From assembly GCA_035298985.1 (NCBI GenBank), contig DATGXM010000358.1, forward strand, positions 1 through 56,231: a DNA stretch of 56,231 nucleotides. Reading direction: 5' to 3'. Origin of the DNA: Azonexus sp. Its GTDB lineage: Bacteria; Pseudomonadota; Gammaproteobacteria; Burkholderiales; Rhodocyclaceae. This document shows positions 41,111 through 51,514 of the stretch, piece after piece (position 1 is the stretch's first letter; each line of letters opens with the position of its first letter). The translations under genes and the position numbers were made by a program. The notes beneath the pieces were generated by a model that was given only the letters and a program-made list of their open reading frames with translations, ran no database searches and was not told the DNA's origin.

Positions 41111-41743
41111 ATGACACCTGGAAAACACTTCGGCATGGTGGCGTTACGCAAATTGGCCATCGCGATGACCATCCCCGTTGCCGTAGGTGGTTGCGCCCAG
41201 GCGTCGGCACTGCAACTCGCCGGCTCGGCGGTCGGCGCACTTCTCGAGGCAACCGGCGTAACCAAAAAAGAAGTCGATCCGAGCAAGATCAGCCGGGATA
41301 TGAGCATCAGGATATTTGCTGGCGACCAACTCAATCTGGCGAGCTCCGGAAAGCCGCTGTCACTGGTGACCAAGCTTTATGTCTTGCGGGCCAATGAAAA
41401 ATTCAAGGCCATGACCTATCCGCAAATAACTTCAGCAGAAGCCGAAAAGGAGGCACTTGGCGAAGAACTGGTCTCGGTTCGCGAAATTGTTCTATTACCC
41501 GGAAAGTCATATGACATTAATCTTAAAGTTCCGGGGGATGCGACAACGATAGGAATCGTCGGCATGTTCCGCCTCCCATATCAGGGAAGATGGAAACTTG
41601 CCTTCGACAACAAGCTGTCTTTTGACAATGGAATTACGATCGGCGCACACGCCTGCTCCTTCAATGCAAGCAAGGGGTCGCTGGTAGCAGAGATCAGTCC
41701 GGAAACTGTGCGCTCCCTGGTTGGTGTGCAATGCAACTCGTAG
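41111..41743 (+). CDS. tssJ: T6SS outer-membrane lipoprotein TssJ
   Basis: Lipobox AVGGC, LNLASSGKPLSLVTKLYVL, GIVGMFR, RWKLAF; precedes tssK-tssL. Confidence 0.88.
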   Translation: MTPGKHFGMVALRKLAIAMTIPVAVGGCAQASALQLAGSAVGALLEATGVTKKEVDPSKISRDMSIRIFAGDQLNLASSGKPLSLVTKLYVLRANEKFKAMTYPQITSAEAEKEALGEELVSVREIVLLPGKSYDINLKVPGDATTIGIVGMFRLPYQGRWKLAFDNKLSFDNGITIGAHACSFNASKGSLVAEISPETVRSLVGVQCNS

Positions 41744-41756
41744 CCGAATACCCACA

Positions 41757-43100
41757 ATGAACAATGCAAAAATACTCTGGGGCGAAGGACTTTTCCTGCG
41801 CCCCCAGCACTTTCAGCGGCAGGATTCACACACGGAAAGCCAGATCAAACGGGCCTTGCTGGCAGCCAATCCCTATGCCTGGGGGGTACGGGACATTGAT
41901 CTGGATATCGACTCCCTGAAGAACGGGATACTGCGTTTCAATCGCATTTCAGCCATTTTTCCGAATGGCGACTTTTTTATCGCTCCGGATATCGATCAAC
42001 TCCCCGCCCCTCTGGCGTTGGGCAGCGCAGTCAGCGATGACGGAGCGACCGATTTCTACCTGGCGCTCAACCACATTAACGCGCATGGTGGAAACTGCGT
42101 GAATACCCCATCAGAATCAGGACAGGCGCGCTATCTCGTCGTGCCCCGCGACACCACGGATCTGTACACCGATGCCGCCGAAGCTGACATCGCCACGCTC
42201 AGCCAGATTTCCTACTTGAAATCGCAAAGCGACAATCGCGATCAATTCCTGACCATGCCCATCGTCAGGATTCGCCGGACTTCCAGCAACAGCTTCGAGG
42301 CCGATCCGGCCTTCATGCCGCCTTCGCTCAGCCTGCGCAGCGCGCCGAACGTTTTCATGATGCTGCGCCGCCAGATCGACGCCCTGCTGGCCAAGGTCGA
42401 GGCGCTCTACGGATTTCACCGCGAGCCGAACAAGAACGTCATCGAATTCCGCTCGGGAGACATCGCCTCTTTCTGGTTGCTGCACACCGCCAGCAGTGCC
42501 TGCGCGACGCTGACCCACCTGTTCCGCAATCCGGACACCTCGCCGGAACGGCTGTTTCAGGAATTGCTGCGCCTTGCCGGCGGCTTGATGACCTTTTCCA
42601 AGGGCTACACGCTGAACGACCTGCCCGGCTACGACCATCTGCAGCCCGGCCCCGGCTTCTGGCGTCTCGATCAAATCCTGCGCGATCTGCTCGACACGGT
42701 CATCTCAACCCGATACTTCGCCATATCCCTGAGTCAGCCAAAGCCGTCCTTCTATGCCGGCCATCTGGATTCCGACAAGATCGACAACGAAACAGCCTTC
42801 TACCTGTCGGTCACCGCCGCTCACCCACAATCCGAAATCATTGAATCGATTCCCTTGCGCATCAAGCTCGGCGCCCCGGACGACGTCGAAAAGCTAGTGC
42901 TCTCAGCCATGTCCGGCGTCCGCCTGACCCATGCCTCGCAGGTACCCGGCGCCATCCCAGTTCGCCCGGGCGCCTGCTACTTCGCTCTCGACGCCCACGG
43001 CCCGCTTTACGAGCGCATGCTCAAGGCTCAATCCGTCATGATCTACGCCCCGGAAAGCTACCGGGATCTTGCCATTGAACTGATCGCCGTCACGCCATGA
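41757..43100 (+). CDS. tssK: T6SS baseplate TssK
   Basis: KILWGEGLFLRPQHFQRQD, IPVRPG; ATG at 41757. Confidence 0.97.
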   Translation: MNNAKILWGEGLFLRPQHFQRQDSHTESQIKRALLAANPYAWGVRDIDLDIDSLKNGILRFNRISAIFPNGDFFIAPDIDQLPAPLALGSAVSDDGATDFYLALNHINAHGGNCVNTPSESGQARYLVVPRDTTDLYTDAAEADIATLSQISYLKSQSDNRDQFLTMPIVRIRRTSSNSFEADPAFMPPSLSLRSAPNVFMMLRRQIDALLAKVEALYGFHREPNKNVIEFRSGDIASFWLLHTASSACATLTHLFRNPDTSPERLFQELLRLAGGLMTFSKGYTLNDLPGYDHLQPGPGFWRLDQILRDLLDTVISTRYFAISLSQPKPSFYAGHLDSDKIDNETAFYLSVTAAHPQSEIIESIPLRIKLGAPDDVEKLVLSAMSGVRLTHASQVPGAIPVRPGACYFALDAHGPLYERMLKAQSVMIYAPESYRDLAIELIAVTP

Positions 43101-43873
43101 CCACCACAGCCCCCAGCCTGTTCTCGGTTGCCCCCAGCACCCGCCCGGAAGAATCGACCACCGACCGCCCCGCCAAAAGCCTCGTCGACCTGCTCTACGA
43201 CGGCTTCTACATGCTCATCCTGTTGAGCCAGCGCAACATCCCCAAGGACCCCGACGAATTCTCCAGCAACATCCAGAAATTTCTCGATCAGTTCGAGCGC
43301 GCCGCCAAGAAAAACAACTTCAATGCAGGTGACATTTTCGATGCCAAGTACGCCTTTTGCGCCGCCATCGATGAAGCAGTACTGTCATCGCAAATGAATA
43401 TCCGCACCAGCTGGGAACGCCGCCCGCTACAGTTGCTGCTGTTCGGCGACCAATTGGCCGGCGAGCATTTCTTCGACAAGCTGGAAGTGGCGCGCAATGG
43501 CGGGGCCAGCCGCATCAACGCACTGGAAGTCTTCCATATGTGCCTGCTGATCGGCTTCAAGGGCCGCTACCTGCTCGAAGGCCCGGAAAAGCTGAAGTAC
43601 CTGACGCAGCAACTGGGCGAACAAATCGCCCACATCAAGGGCAAGGCTGCCGCCTTCGCGCCTCACTGGGCGGCGCCGGACAGCATTTCCAACGCCATCA
43701 AGCGCGACATCCCGCTCTGGGTCATCGCGTCGGTACTCGCCCTCTTCGGCCTGCTCGCCTACGTCGGCCTGGACTGGCATGCCGGCAGCACGGTCCACCA
43801 GACCCTGTCGCCGTTCAAGAATATCGTCCAGTTGGCCCCACGCGCCCCGACGTTGACCATCACCCTGCCCTGA
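43097..43873 (+). CDS. tssL: T6SS membrane protein TssL (DotU), no OmpA domain
   Basis: KYAFCAAIDEAVL, PLQLLLFG..AGEHFF, LLIGFKGRY, single C-terminal TM helix. Confidence 0.96.
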   Translation: MTTTAPSLFSVAPSTRPEESTTDRPAKSLVDLLYDGFYMLILLSQRNIPKDPDEFSSNIQKFLDQFERAAKKNNFNAGDIFDAKYAFCAAIDEAVLSSQMNIRTSWERRPLQLLLFGDQLAGEHFFDKLEVARNGGASRINALEVFHMCLLIGFKGRYLLEGPEKLKYLTQQLGEQIAHIKGKAAAFAPHWAAPDSISNAIKRDIPLWVIASVLALFGLLAYVGLDWHAGSTVHQTLSPFKNIVQLAPRAPTLTITLP

Positions 43874-43923
43874 TCGGTCCAGCATGCCCCGATAGAGGCA
43901 TCCAAAGCGAAGAAATAACCCGC

Positions 43924-43959
43924 AAAAAAATGCCCCAGAAAATTTTCTGAGGCATTTTT
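43924..43959. terminator. Bidirectional terminator between tssL and iscX
   Basis: A7-TGCCCCAGAAA/TTTTCTGAGGCA-T5 inverted repeat. Confidence 0.8.
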
Positions 43960-43987
43960 ACATCAGCCGGATAATTCACCGAAAAAC

Positions 43988-44182
43988 TCAGGAAACCTCG
44001 TCAATCCACGCTTGCTGGATTGCCTCGAGTATCTTCTCTCCACAATGCTTGGGGTCGTCGTTGAATCCCGGCAAAGCCATCACCCAGTCACGCAGATCGA
44101 CGAAATTGACCTTCAGCGGGTCTTTGTCCGGATAGGCATCGGTCAGTTCAATGGCGATGTCGTTGATGTCGGTCCATTTCAT
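43988..44182 (-). CDS. iscX: Fe-S assembly protein IscX
   Basis: [28 protein letters not shown]; ATG at 44182. Confidence 0.96.
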   Translation of the reverse strand: MKWTDINDIAIELTDAYPDKDPLKVNFVDLRDWVMALPGFNDDPKHCGEKILEAIQQAWIDEVS

Positions 44183-44523
44183 TTGCGATGCCCCTCCTTC
44201 GCCATGTTGATGCTGTACTTGGGAATCTCGACGGTCAGCGGCGTAGCCCTGACAACGGCCTGACAACCCAGGCGGGAGTTCGGTTCCAGGCCCCAGGCCT
44301 TGTCCAGCAGGTCTTCTTCGATATCTTCGGCCGGCTCCAGCGAATTGAAGCCTTCGCGCACGATGACGTGACAGGTCGTGCAGGCGCAGGACATTTCACA
44401 GGCGTGATCGAGCTCAATGTCATTGGCCAGCAGGTTTTCACAGATCGATTTGCCTTGTTCGGCTTCAATCACGGCACCATCCGGGCACAGCTCGGCGTGT
44501 GGCAGCACGATGATTTGCGTCAT
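44179..44523 (-). CDS. fdx: ISC 2Fe-2S ferredoxin
   Basis: [19 protein letters not shown]. Confidence 0.97.
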   Translation of the reverse strand: MTQIIVLPHAELCPDGAVIEAEQGKSICENLLANDIELDHACEMSCACTTCHVIVREGFNSLEPAEDIEEDLLDKAWGLEPNSRLGCQAVVRATPLTVEIPKYSINMAKEGHRK

Positions 44524-46409
44524 GCCTTTTCTCCCTCTTCTCCAACCTTGATGTCGTCGACCTTGCGGCCGGACAGCACTTTTTTAATGCTCTGATCCAT
44601 GCGGCGATGGGCAAAGACCTGCGTTTCATAGCCGAGGTCGTCCATGGCGATGTTGATCAGGCGACGGTTATCGCCAGCCATGGTTTCAGCCAATTTGGCG
44701 ATGCTGGCCTTGATCTTGGCGAACTCGGCTTCGTTGAGCAGATGCGGGTCTTCTGCCAGAGCAGCCTCGGTGGCCTCGATCATGCGCTGAGCCTCGACCT
44801 GCGCTTCTTTCAGGGCACGGGCCATAGCATCGTCTTTGGCATGTTCCATCGAATCCTTGAGTATGCCGGCGATCTCATCATCTGACAGGCCGTAAGACGG
44901 CTTGACGGTGATGCTCGATTCGACTCCGGTGGTCTGTTCGCGGGCGGTTACCGACAGCAAGCCGTCGGCATCGACCTGGTAGGTGACGCGGATACGGGCT
45001 GCGCCAGCCACCATCGGCGGAATGCCGCGCAGCTCGAAACGTGCCAGCGAGCGGCAGTCAGACACCATTTCACGCTCGCCTTGCACGACGTGAATGGCCA
45101 TTGCCGTCTGGCCGTCTTTGAAGGTAGTGAATTCCTGGGCACGGGCGGTCGGGATGGTCGAATTGCGTGGGATGACCTTCTCGGTCAGGCCGCCCATCGT
45201 TTCTAGGCCAAGCGACAGTGGAATGACGTCGAGCAGCAGCCAATCGTCTTTGCCGGTCTTGTTGCCGGCCAGCAGGTTGGCTTGCGTCGCCGCACCCAGC
45301 GCGACGACCTTGTCCGGATCGAGGTTGGTCAGCGGCTCCTGGCGGAAAAAGTCGCCCACCGCCTTCTGGATCTGGGGCATGCGCGTGGCGCCACCGACCA
45401 TGACAACGCCCTTGATATCCTCGGCGCGTAAACCGGCGTCACGCAAGGCTTTTTTGACCGGCTGCAGCGTCTTGGAAATCAGGGTCTGCGTAATATCGGC
45501 GAAGGTGGCGACATCGAGCTTTACGTCGATCATTTCGCCACCGGCCAGACGCAGCGAAATCGGCGCTTCCGAGTTGTTAGTCAGGAATTCCTTGGCTTCG
45601 CGGCAACGCATCATCAGGCGGCGCGAGTCTTCCGGCGACAAGGGCTGCGGCTTGGTTTGCTCGATGACCCAGCAGTAGATGCGATGATCGAAATCGTCGC
45701 CACCCAGCGCGGAATCGCCGCCGGTGGACATGACTTCGAACACACCTTTGGTCAGCTTGAGGATAGAGATGTCGAAGGTGCCGCCACCGAGGTCATACAC
45801 CGCATAGACGCCCTCGGCGCCATTATCCAGCCCATAAGCAATAGCGGCGGCAGTCGGCTCGTTGAGCAGACGCAAGACATTGAGGCCGGCCAGCCGGGCG
45901 GCATCTTTAGTGGCCTGGCGCTGCGCATCATCGAAATAGGCAGGCACGGTAATCACCGCCCCCACCAGATCACCGTCCAGCCCTGCTTCCGCCCGGGCCT
46001 TCAGCGCCTTGAGAATCTCGGCCGAGGTCTCGACCGGACTCTTGATCCCGGCGTGCGTCTTCAGCTTGACCATGCCGGGCGCTTCGACGAAGTCGTACGG
46101 CATGGATTCGATATGCGCGATATCCTTCGTTCCCCGCCCCATGAAGCGCTTGACGGAGACGATAGTGTTCTTGGGATCGACCGCCTGGTTCTTCTGGGCG
46201 TCGTAGCCAACCTCGGTCGTCCCATCGGCGTGGTAACGCACCACGGAGGGCAGCAACGGGCGCCCCTGGTCGTCGTTCAGGCAGACGGCGATGCCGCTGC
46301 GCACGGTGGCCACCAGCGAATTGGTAGTCCCGAGGTCGATACCGATAGCCAGCTTGTGCTCGTGCGGTGCCGCCGATTCGCCCGGTTCGGCGATTTGAAA
46401 CAAAGCCAT
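44520..46409 (-). CDS. hscA: Fe-S chaperone HscA
   Basis: [18 protein letters not shown] Hsp70 motif; in isc operon. Confidence 0.98.
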   Translation of the reverse strand: MALFQIAEPGESAAPHEHKLAIGIDLGTTNSLVATVRSGIAVCLNDDQGRPLLPSVVRYHADGTTEVGYDAQKNQAVDPKNTIVSVKRFMGRGTKDIAHIESMPYDFVEAPGMVKLKTHAGIKSPVETSAEILKALKARAEAGLDGDLVGAVITVPAYFDDAQRQATKDAARLAGLNVLRLLNEPTAAAIAYGLDNGAEGVYAVYDLGGGTFDISILKLTKGVFEVMSTGGDSALGGDDFDHRIYCWVIEQTKPQPLSPEDSRRLMMRCREAKEFLTNNSEAPISLRLAGGEMIDVKLDVATFADITQTLISKTLQPVKKALRDAGLRAEDIKGVVMVGGATRMPQIQKAVGDFFRQEPLTNLDPDKVVALGAATQANLLAGNKTGKDDWLLLDVIPLSLGLETMGGLTEKVIPRNSTIPTARAQEFTTFKDGQTAMAIHVVQGEREMVSDCRSLARFELRGIPPMVAGAARIRVTYQVDADGLLSVTAREQTTGVESSITVKPSYGLSDDEIAGILKDSMEHAKDDAMARALKEAQVEAQRMIEATEAALAEDPHLLNEAEFAKIKASIAKLAETMAGDNRRLINIAMDDLGYETQVFAHRRMDQSIKKVLSGRKVDDIKVGEEGEKA

Positions 46410-46412
46410 TTT

Positions 46413-46940
46413 TTATTCTTCCAGCGACGCCAGTGCGTCGTCGATTTCGTGCAAAAGTTTTTCCAGGAACATCAGACGGCGCACACGGTCCGTCGCCAGA
46501 GCAAAATCGCTCTCGTCATCGAACAATTGCCCCAGCTCTTCGTAGCGGGACTTGATATCGCTACGCAAGCGGTTGTGCAGGCGCTCCAACTCATGGTGGT
46601 CACCGCCGTCGCGCGCCTCCATGACCGCTTCCCGCCATTCCATCTGTTCCATCAGAAAATCGGCCGGCATGGCGGTATTGCTTTCGGCCTGGATATCGTG
46701 CCCCGCCAGATGGAGCATGTATTTGGCCCGCTCCAGCGGTTTTTTCAGAGACTGGTAGGCCTCGTTGGCATGCGTCGCCCACTGCATCGACAGGCGACGT
46801 TCGGCTTCTCCGGCATTCGCGAAGCGATCGGGATGAACCTGAGCCTGGATGTCGCGATAACGCGAATCCAGGTCCGTGAGGTCGAGCCTGAAGAGCGGCT
46901 TGATTCCAAACAGGGCGAAATGATCGGCCTTGAAATCCAT
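46413..46940 (-). CDS. hscB: Fe-S co-chaperone HscB
   Basis: J-domain HPD, FLMEQMEWRE; ATG at 46940. Confidence 0.97.
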   Translation of the reverse strand: MDFKADHFALFGIKPLFRLDLTDLDSRYRDIQAQVHPDRFANAGEAERRLSMQWATHANEAYQSLKKPLERAKYMLHLAGHDIQAESNTAMPADFLMEQMEWREAVMEARDGGDHHELERLHNRLRSDIKSRYEELGQLFDDESDFALATDRVRRLMFLEKLLHEIDDALASLEE

Positions 46941-47263
46941 CAGACGTTGAACGACTCGCCACAGCCGCACTGGTCCTTGACGTTCGGGTTGTTGAACTTG
47001 AAGCCCTCGTTCAACCCTTCACGTGCATAGTCCAGTTCCATGCCGTCGAGATAAGGCAGACTCTTGGCATCGATGATGACCTTGACGCCGGACGTTTCGA
47101 AGACCAGATCGTCTTCGTTCACATCGTCGACAAATTCCAGCTTGTACGCCATGCCGGAACAGCCGCTGGTCCGCACACCGAGGCGCAGGCCGATGCCCTT
47201 GCCCCGTTTGGTCAGGAAGTTGGCGACGTGCTTTGCCGCCTTGTCGCTCAAGGTGACTGCCAT
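46940..47263 (-). CDS. iscA: Fe-S assembly protein IscA
   Basis: SGCSG, CGCGESF. Confidence 0.98.
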   Translation of the reverse strand: MAVTLSDKAAKHVANFLTKRGKGIGLRLGVRTSGCSGMAYKLEFVDDVNEDDLVFETSGVKVIIDAKSLPYLDGMELDYAREGLNEGFKFNNPNVKDQCGCGESFNV

Positions 47264-47265
47264 GC

Positions 47266-47649
47266 TTATTCTCCGTGCTTTTTCTTGTAATCCGCCACAG
47301 CTGCCTTGATGGCATCTTCGGCCAGGATCGAACAGTGGATTTTAACCGGCGGCAGGGCTAGTTCTTCAGCAATTTCGGTATTTTTGATAGCCAAGGCCTG
47401 ATCGACGGTCTTGCCCTTGACCCACTCGGTAACCAGCGACGACGAAGCGATCGCCGAACCGCAACCGTAGGTCTTGAACTTGGCATCCTCGATCACGCCG
47501 GACTTGTTGACCTTGATCTGCAGCTTCATGACGTCGCCGCAAGCCGGGGCGCCGACCATGCCGGTACCGACGCCGTCGTCTTCCTTGCCGAAGGAGCCGA
47601 CGTTACGGGGATTCTCATAGTGATCAATGACTTTTACGCTATAGCTCAT
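47266..47649 (-). CDS. iscU: Fe-S scaffold IscU
   Basis: [25 protein letters not shown]. Confidence 0.99.
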   Translation of the reverse strand: MSYSVKVIDHYENPRNVGSFGKEDDGVGTGMVGAPACGDVMKLQIKVNKSGVIEDAKFKTYGCGSAIASSSLVTEWVKGKTVDQALAIKNTEIAEELALPPVKIHCSILAEDAIKAAVADYKKKHGE

Positions 47650-47667
47650 GTTAATTCTCCTAAAATT

Positions 47668-48885
47668 TTAGTGGGCAGCCCATTGAACGGTGCTGAGATC
47701 AATGCCGTCCTTGTACATTTCCCATAGCGGCGAAAGTTCGCGCAGTTTGCCAACTTTCGCGTGCAACAAGTTGATTGCGTAGTCAATTTCCTCTTCCGTC
47801 GTGAAGCGACCGATGCTGAAACGGATGGAACTGTGCGCCAGTTCGTCGTCGCGCCCCAAGGCTCGCAGCACGTAGGAAGGCTCAAGACTGGCCGAGGTAC
47901 AGGCCGAACCCGAGGAAACCGCCAGATCCTTGATCGCCATGATCATCGATTCGCCTTCGACGTAAGCGAAGCTGATATTGAGATTGTGCGCCACACGCTG
48001 CGTCAGGTCACCATTGACGTAGGTTGCCTCGATATCCTGCAGGCCCTTCAGCAGCTTGTCGCGCAGCTTGCCGATGCGAACATTTTCTTCAGCCATCTCT
48101 TCACGAGCCAGACGGAAGGCTTCGCCCATGCCGACGATCTGGTGCGTCGCCAGCGTGCCGGAGCGGAAACCGCGCTCGTGGCCGCCGCCGTGCATCTGGG
48201 CTTCCAGACGAACGCGCGGCTTGCGGCGCACGTACAGCGCGCCGATACCCTTCGGGCCGTAGGTCTTGTGGGCAGAAAAGCTCATCAGATCAACCTTGAG
48301 CTGGCTCAGATCGATATCGACCTTGCCGGTAGCCTGCGCTGCATCGACATGGAAAACGATGCCCTTCTCGCGGCAAATTTCGCCCAGCTCGGCGATTGGC
48401 TGGATGACGCCGACTTCGTTATTGACGAACATCACCGAGGCCAGCACGGTATCCGGGCGGATGGCCGCCTTGAATACTTCGGGATCAAGCAGGCCGTCTT
48501 CCTTGACGTCGAGGTAGGTCGCCTCGAAGCCCTGGCGCTCCATTTCGCGCACGGTGTCGAGTACAGCCTTGTGCTCGGTCTTGACTGTGATGATGTGCTT
48601 GCCCTTGGTGCCGGCGTAGAAATTGGCGGCACCCTTGATGGCGAGGTTGTTGGATTCGGTAGCACCGGAAGTCCAGACGATTTCCTTGGGATCGGCCTTG
48701 ACCAGCGCGGCAACCTGCTCGCGCGCCTGCTCGACCGCCGTGTCGGCCACCCAGCCGAAGCTGTGCGAACGCGAAGCCGGATTGCCGAAGTGCTCGCACA
48801 AGTAGGGAATCATCTTGTCCGCCACGCGCGGGTCGACCGGGGTTGTTGCCGAGTAATCCAGGTAGATGGGGAGTTTCATCGTCAT
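47668..48885 (-). CDS. iscS: Cysteine desulfurase IscS
   Basis: [34 protein letters not shown]. Confidence 0.98.
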   Translation of the reverse strand: MTMKLPIYLDYSATTPVDPRVADKMIPYLCEHFGNPASRSHSFGWVADTAVEQAREQVAALVKADPKEIVWTSGATESNNLAIKGAANFYAGTKGKHIITVKTEHKAVLDTVREMERQGFEATYLDVKEDGLLDPEVFKAAIRPDTVLASVMFVNNEVGVIQPIAELGEICREKGIVFHVDAAQATGKVDIDLSQLKVDLMSFSAHKTYGPKGIGALYVRRKPRVRLEAQMHGGGHERGFRSGTLATHQIVGMGEAFRLAREEMAEENVRIGKLRDKLLKGLQDIEATYVNGDLTQRVAHNLNISFAYVEGESMIMAIKDLAVSSGSACTSASLEPSYVLRALGRDDELAHSSIRFSIGRFTTEEEIDYAINLLHAKVGKLRELSPLWEMYKDGIDLSTVQWAAH

Positions 48886-48904
48886 TCTCGCTAAGTCGGG
48901 TTGT

Positions 48905-50068
48905 TCAGACAGCCATCGCTGTCAGTCCCTGCAGGCGTCCGACTGTAGCCTGCAAGGCGTTGATGAATTGTTCAATTTCCGTTTCGGTATTGGCCGCGCC
49001 AAGACTCACGCGTACCGCACCGCGCGCGATTTCCGGTGCCACACCCATGGCGCGCAGGACATGCGACGGCTCCGGATTGGCACTGGAACAGGCCGCGCCG
49101 CTAGCCACCGCAAAACCGTCCCGATCGAGCTTGCCGACCAGGGTTTCGCCATCGAGGTCGTCAAATGCAAAATACGTGGTATTCGGCAGCCGTCGTGCAT
49201 CCTTGGCAAACACTCGCGCCCCCAACCCGACAAGCCCCGCTTCAAGCTTTGCCTGCAGCCCCCGCAAACGAAACGGCAGTTCGGCAACGCGACGCGCGGC
49301 AAGTTCCGCAGCAGCACCAAATCCAACGATGGCCGGAACATTTTCCGTGCCGGAACGCAGACCGCGCTCGTGCCCGCCGCCAGCAATCAGTGGCTGCACC
49401 TCGATACGTTTATCCAGAACCAGTGCTGCAGCGCCCTTGGGGCCGCAGGCTTTATGCGCCGACAGCGTCATGGCGTGAACCCCCGCCCCGTTGAGAGCGC
49501 GAAAATCGATCACCTGCTTGCCGAGCGCCTGGACGGCATCGGTATGAAACCAGCCACCGCTGCTCTTGGCCGCAGTCGCCAACGTTTCCACATCCTGCAG
49601 GACACCGGTTTCGTTATTGGCCAGCATGACGGAGAAAAGCTGGGGCTTGAGTTGCAGCGCATCCGTATAATCTGCAACATCAACCCGACCGTTTCCGTCA
49701 ACGGCGAGCAGGCGGACCTGCCAACCCTGCTTTTTGAGTTGCGCAGCCGGCTTGAGCACACACGGGTGCTCGATGGCGCTTGCCGCGATCACGCCGGGCT
49801 TGAGGCTGGCGGCAGCCCCCTTGACAAACAGATTATTGGCCTCACTGCCGCCACTGGTGAAAACAACCTCGGTCGGATGGGCATTGACCGCCGCTGCCAC
49901 CTTCTGTCTCGCCTCGTCGATCGCCTGCCTGGCTCGCCGGCCATATTCGTGGCGACTTGAGGCATTACCGTACTGGCATTCCAGCCACGGCAACATCGCC
50001 TCCAGCACAGCCGGGTCGAGCGGCGTGGTAGCGTTGTGATCAAGATAGACAGGGCGAAACATATTCAT
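48905..50068 (-). CDS. Second group-I (NifS/IscS-like) cysteine desulfurase
   Basis: [33 protein letters not shown]; lacks the IscS C-terminal SPLWEM tail. Confidence 0.92.
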   Translation of the reverse strand: MNMFRPVYLDHNATTPLDPAVLEAMLPWLECQYGNASSRHEYGRRARQAIDEARQKVAAAVNAHPTEVVFTSGGSEANNLFVKGAAASLKPGVIAASAIEHPCVLKPAAQLKKQGWQVRLLAVDGNGRVDVADYTDALQLKPQLFSVMLANNETGVLQDVETLATAAKSSGGWFHTDAVQALGKQVIDFRALNGAGVHAMTLSAHKACGPKGAAALVLDKRIEVQPLIAGGGHERGLRSGTENVPAIVGFGAAAELAARRVAELPFRLRGLQAKLEAGLVGLGARVFAKDARRLPNTTYFAFDDLDGETLVGKLDRDGFAVASGAACSSANPEPSHVLRAMGVAPEIARGAVRVSLGAANTETEIEQFINALQATVGRLQGLTAMAV

Positions 50069-50069
50069 C

Positions 50070-50573
50070 TCAAGCGACGGCAGTCACCTTGTCGCGGCCG
50101 GTTCGCGAACGCGGCTGCGGACCAAGGCGGCGCTGATCCTCGAGTATGATGGTGCCGAGGGTGCGGCGTTGCTTTTCACGCTGTACCAGTTGCTCAAGCG
50201 TCACCGAAGCCAGATAGTCGTACATCTTGGTATTTAGCGTGGTCCACAGATCGTGCGTCATGCAGCGATGCTCGTCGTGGCAGTTCTCGCGACCACCGCA
50301 TTGCGTCGCGTCGAGCTGCTCATCGACGGCACGGATGATTTCCGAAACCGGCACCTGATCCAGTGGACGGGAAATGCAATAGCCGCCGCCCGGACCGCGC
50401 ACGCTATCGACCAGCTTGTGCCGGCGCAGCTTGCCGAACAATTGTTCTAGATAAGACAGCGAAATCTTCTGGCGCTCGCTGATGCTGGCCAGTGCCACCG
50501 GCCCTTCCTCGCCGCGGAGGGCAAGATCCATCATGGCTGTAACGGCGAAACGCCCTTTAGTTGTCAAACGCAT
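50070..50573 (-). CDS. iscR: Fe-S cluster regulator IscR
   Basis: MRLTTKGRFAVTAM, LSYLEQLF, RGPGGGY, three Cys plus His (CGGRENC..RCMTH); ATG at 50573. Confidence 0.97.
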   Translation of the reverse strand: MRLTTKGRFAVTAMMDLALRGEEGPVALASISERQKISLSYLEQLFGKLRRHKLVDSVRGPGGGYCISRPLDQVPVSEIIRAVDEQLDATQCGGRENCHDEHRCMTHDLWTTLNTKMYDYLASVTLEQLVQREKQRRTLGTIILEDQRRLGPQPRSRTGRDKVTAVA

Positions 50574-50587
50574 TCCGAACTCCTGAA

Positions 50588-50641
50588 ATAACCTAGTATT
50601 CGAGTCAACTATAAACAAACCAGACAAAATTAGTCAACTAT
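50588..50641 (-). promoter_or_regulatory. Two tandem type-1 IscR binding sites upstream of iscR
   Basis: Minus strand 25-mers ATAGTTGACTAATTTTGTCTGGTTT (50617-50641) and ATAGTTGACTCGAATACTAGGTTAT (50588-50612) match the ATASYYGAC-N7-GTCRRSTAT type-1 motif. Confidence 0.75.
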
Positions 50642-51385
50642 TTTGCTCAGGTATTGCGGATCGAAGGAATCAGCCTGCTGCACTTCTTTATCACATTTGA
50701 CGCCCTGCGCCTCCAGCTCCTTGACCAGAGACGCCAGGCGGCGGTCGGTTTCAGCGGCGTGATCGAGCAAGCCGTGAATCGCCTTGGCTAGTGGATCATC
50801 TTGGTCGCGCCCCACAGCATAGGCGGAAAAACCCATTTTCTCGGCCTGCGCCTGGCGCTGACGGCCCTGCTCGGTGTTGTCGAGAATGCGCGCCGGGTTA
50901 CCGACTGCGGTAGCCCCAGCCGGGATGGCCTTGGTGACGACGGCATTGGAACCCACCTTGGCACCCGCCGAGATAGTAATCGGACCCAGCACCTTGGCAC
51001 CGGCACCGATCACCACACCATTTTCCAGTGTCGGGTGACGCTTGCCCTTGTTCCACGAAGTACCGCCCAACGTAACGCCGTGATAGAGCGTCACATCGTC
51101 GCCGATCACGGCCGTTTCACCGATCACCACGCCCATGCCGTGATCGATGAAAAAGCGGCGGCCGATGGTGGCGCCGGGGTGGATTTCAATCCCGGTCAGC
51201 ATGCGCGACAGATGTGCCGTGAAGCGCCCCAACCAGCGCAGGCGATGCCCCCACAGCCAGTGAGCCAGGCGGTGCATGATCAGGGCGTGTATACCGGGGT
51301 AGCAGGTCAGAACCTCCCAGAACGAGCGTGCCGCGGGGTCGCGGTCGAATACCGCACGAATGTCCTCACGCAATTCCCGGAACAT
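50630..51385 (-). CDS. cysE: Serine O-acetyltransferase
   Basis: [39 protein letters not shown]. Confidence 0.97.
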   Translation of the reverse strand: MFRELREDIRAVFDRDPAARSFWEVLTCYPGIHALIMHRLAHWLWGHRLRWLGRFTAHLSRMLTGIEIHPGATIGRRFFIDHGMGVVIGETAVIGDDVTLYHGVTLGGTSWNKGKRHPTLENGVVIGAGAKVLGPITISAGAKVGSNAVVTKAIPAGATAVGNPARILDNTEQGRQRQAQAEKMGFSAYAVGRDQDDPLAKAIHGLLDHAAETDRRLASLVKELEAQGVKCDKEVQQADSFDPQYLSKIVD

Positions 51386-51424
51386 GTAACCCGATCTCCC
51401 TAATTGAAAGAGGGAAATTCTAAA

Positions 51425-51449
51425 ATACTCGAGTGAATTTGTCAGCTAT
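51425..51449 (-). promoter_or_regulatory. Type-1 IscR binding site upstream of cysE
   Basis: Minus strand ATAGCTGACAAATTCACTCGAGTAT, same 25-bp pseudo-palindrome. Confidence 0.7.
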
Positions 51450-51514
51450 TTTGCCAGAAGTACAAAAGACTTATCCGTTTATAATTTTCGACTCCCAGCA
51501 AACCCCACTATTTC

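Noticed and set aside
43884-43901. Small hairpin ATGCCCC-GATA-GAGGCAT echoing the arms of the adjacent terminator; considered as an island attachment site or target duplication
   Set aside because: Too short, and no matching copy seen at the other T6SS boundary near 28100-28150; no integrase or tRNA nearby
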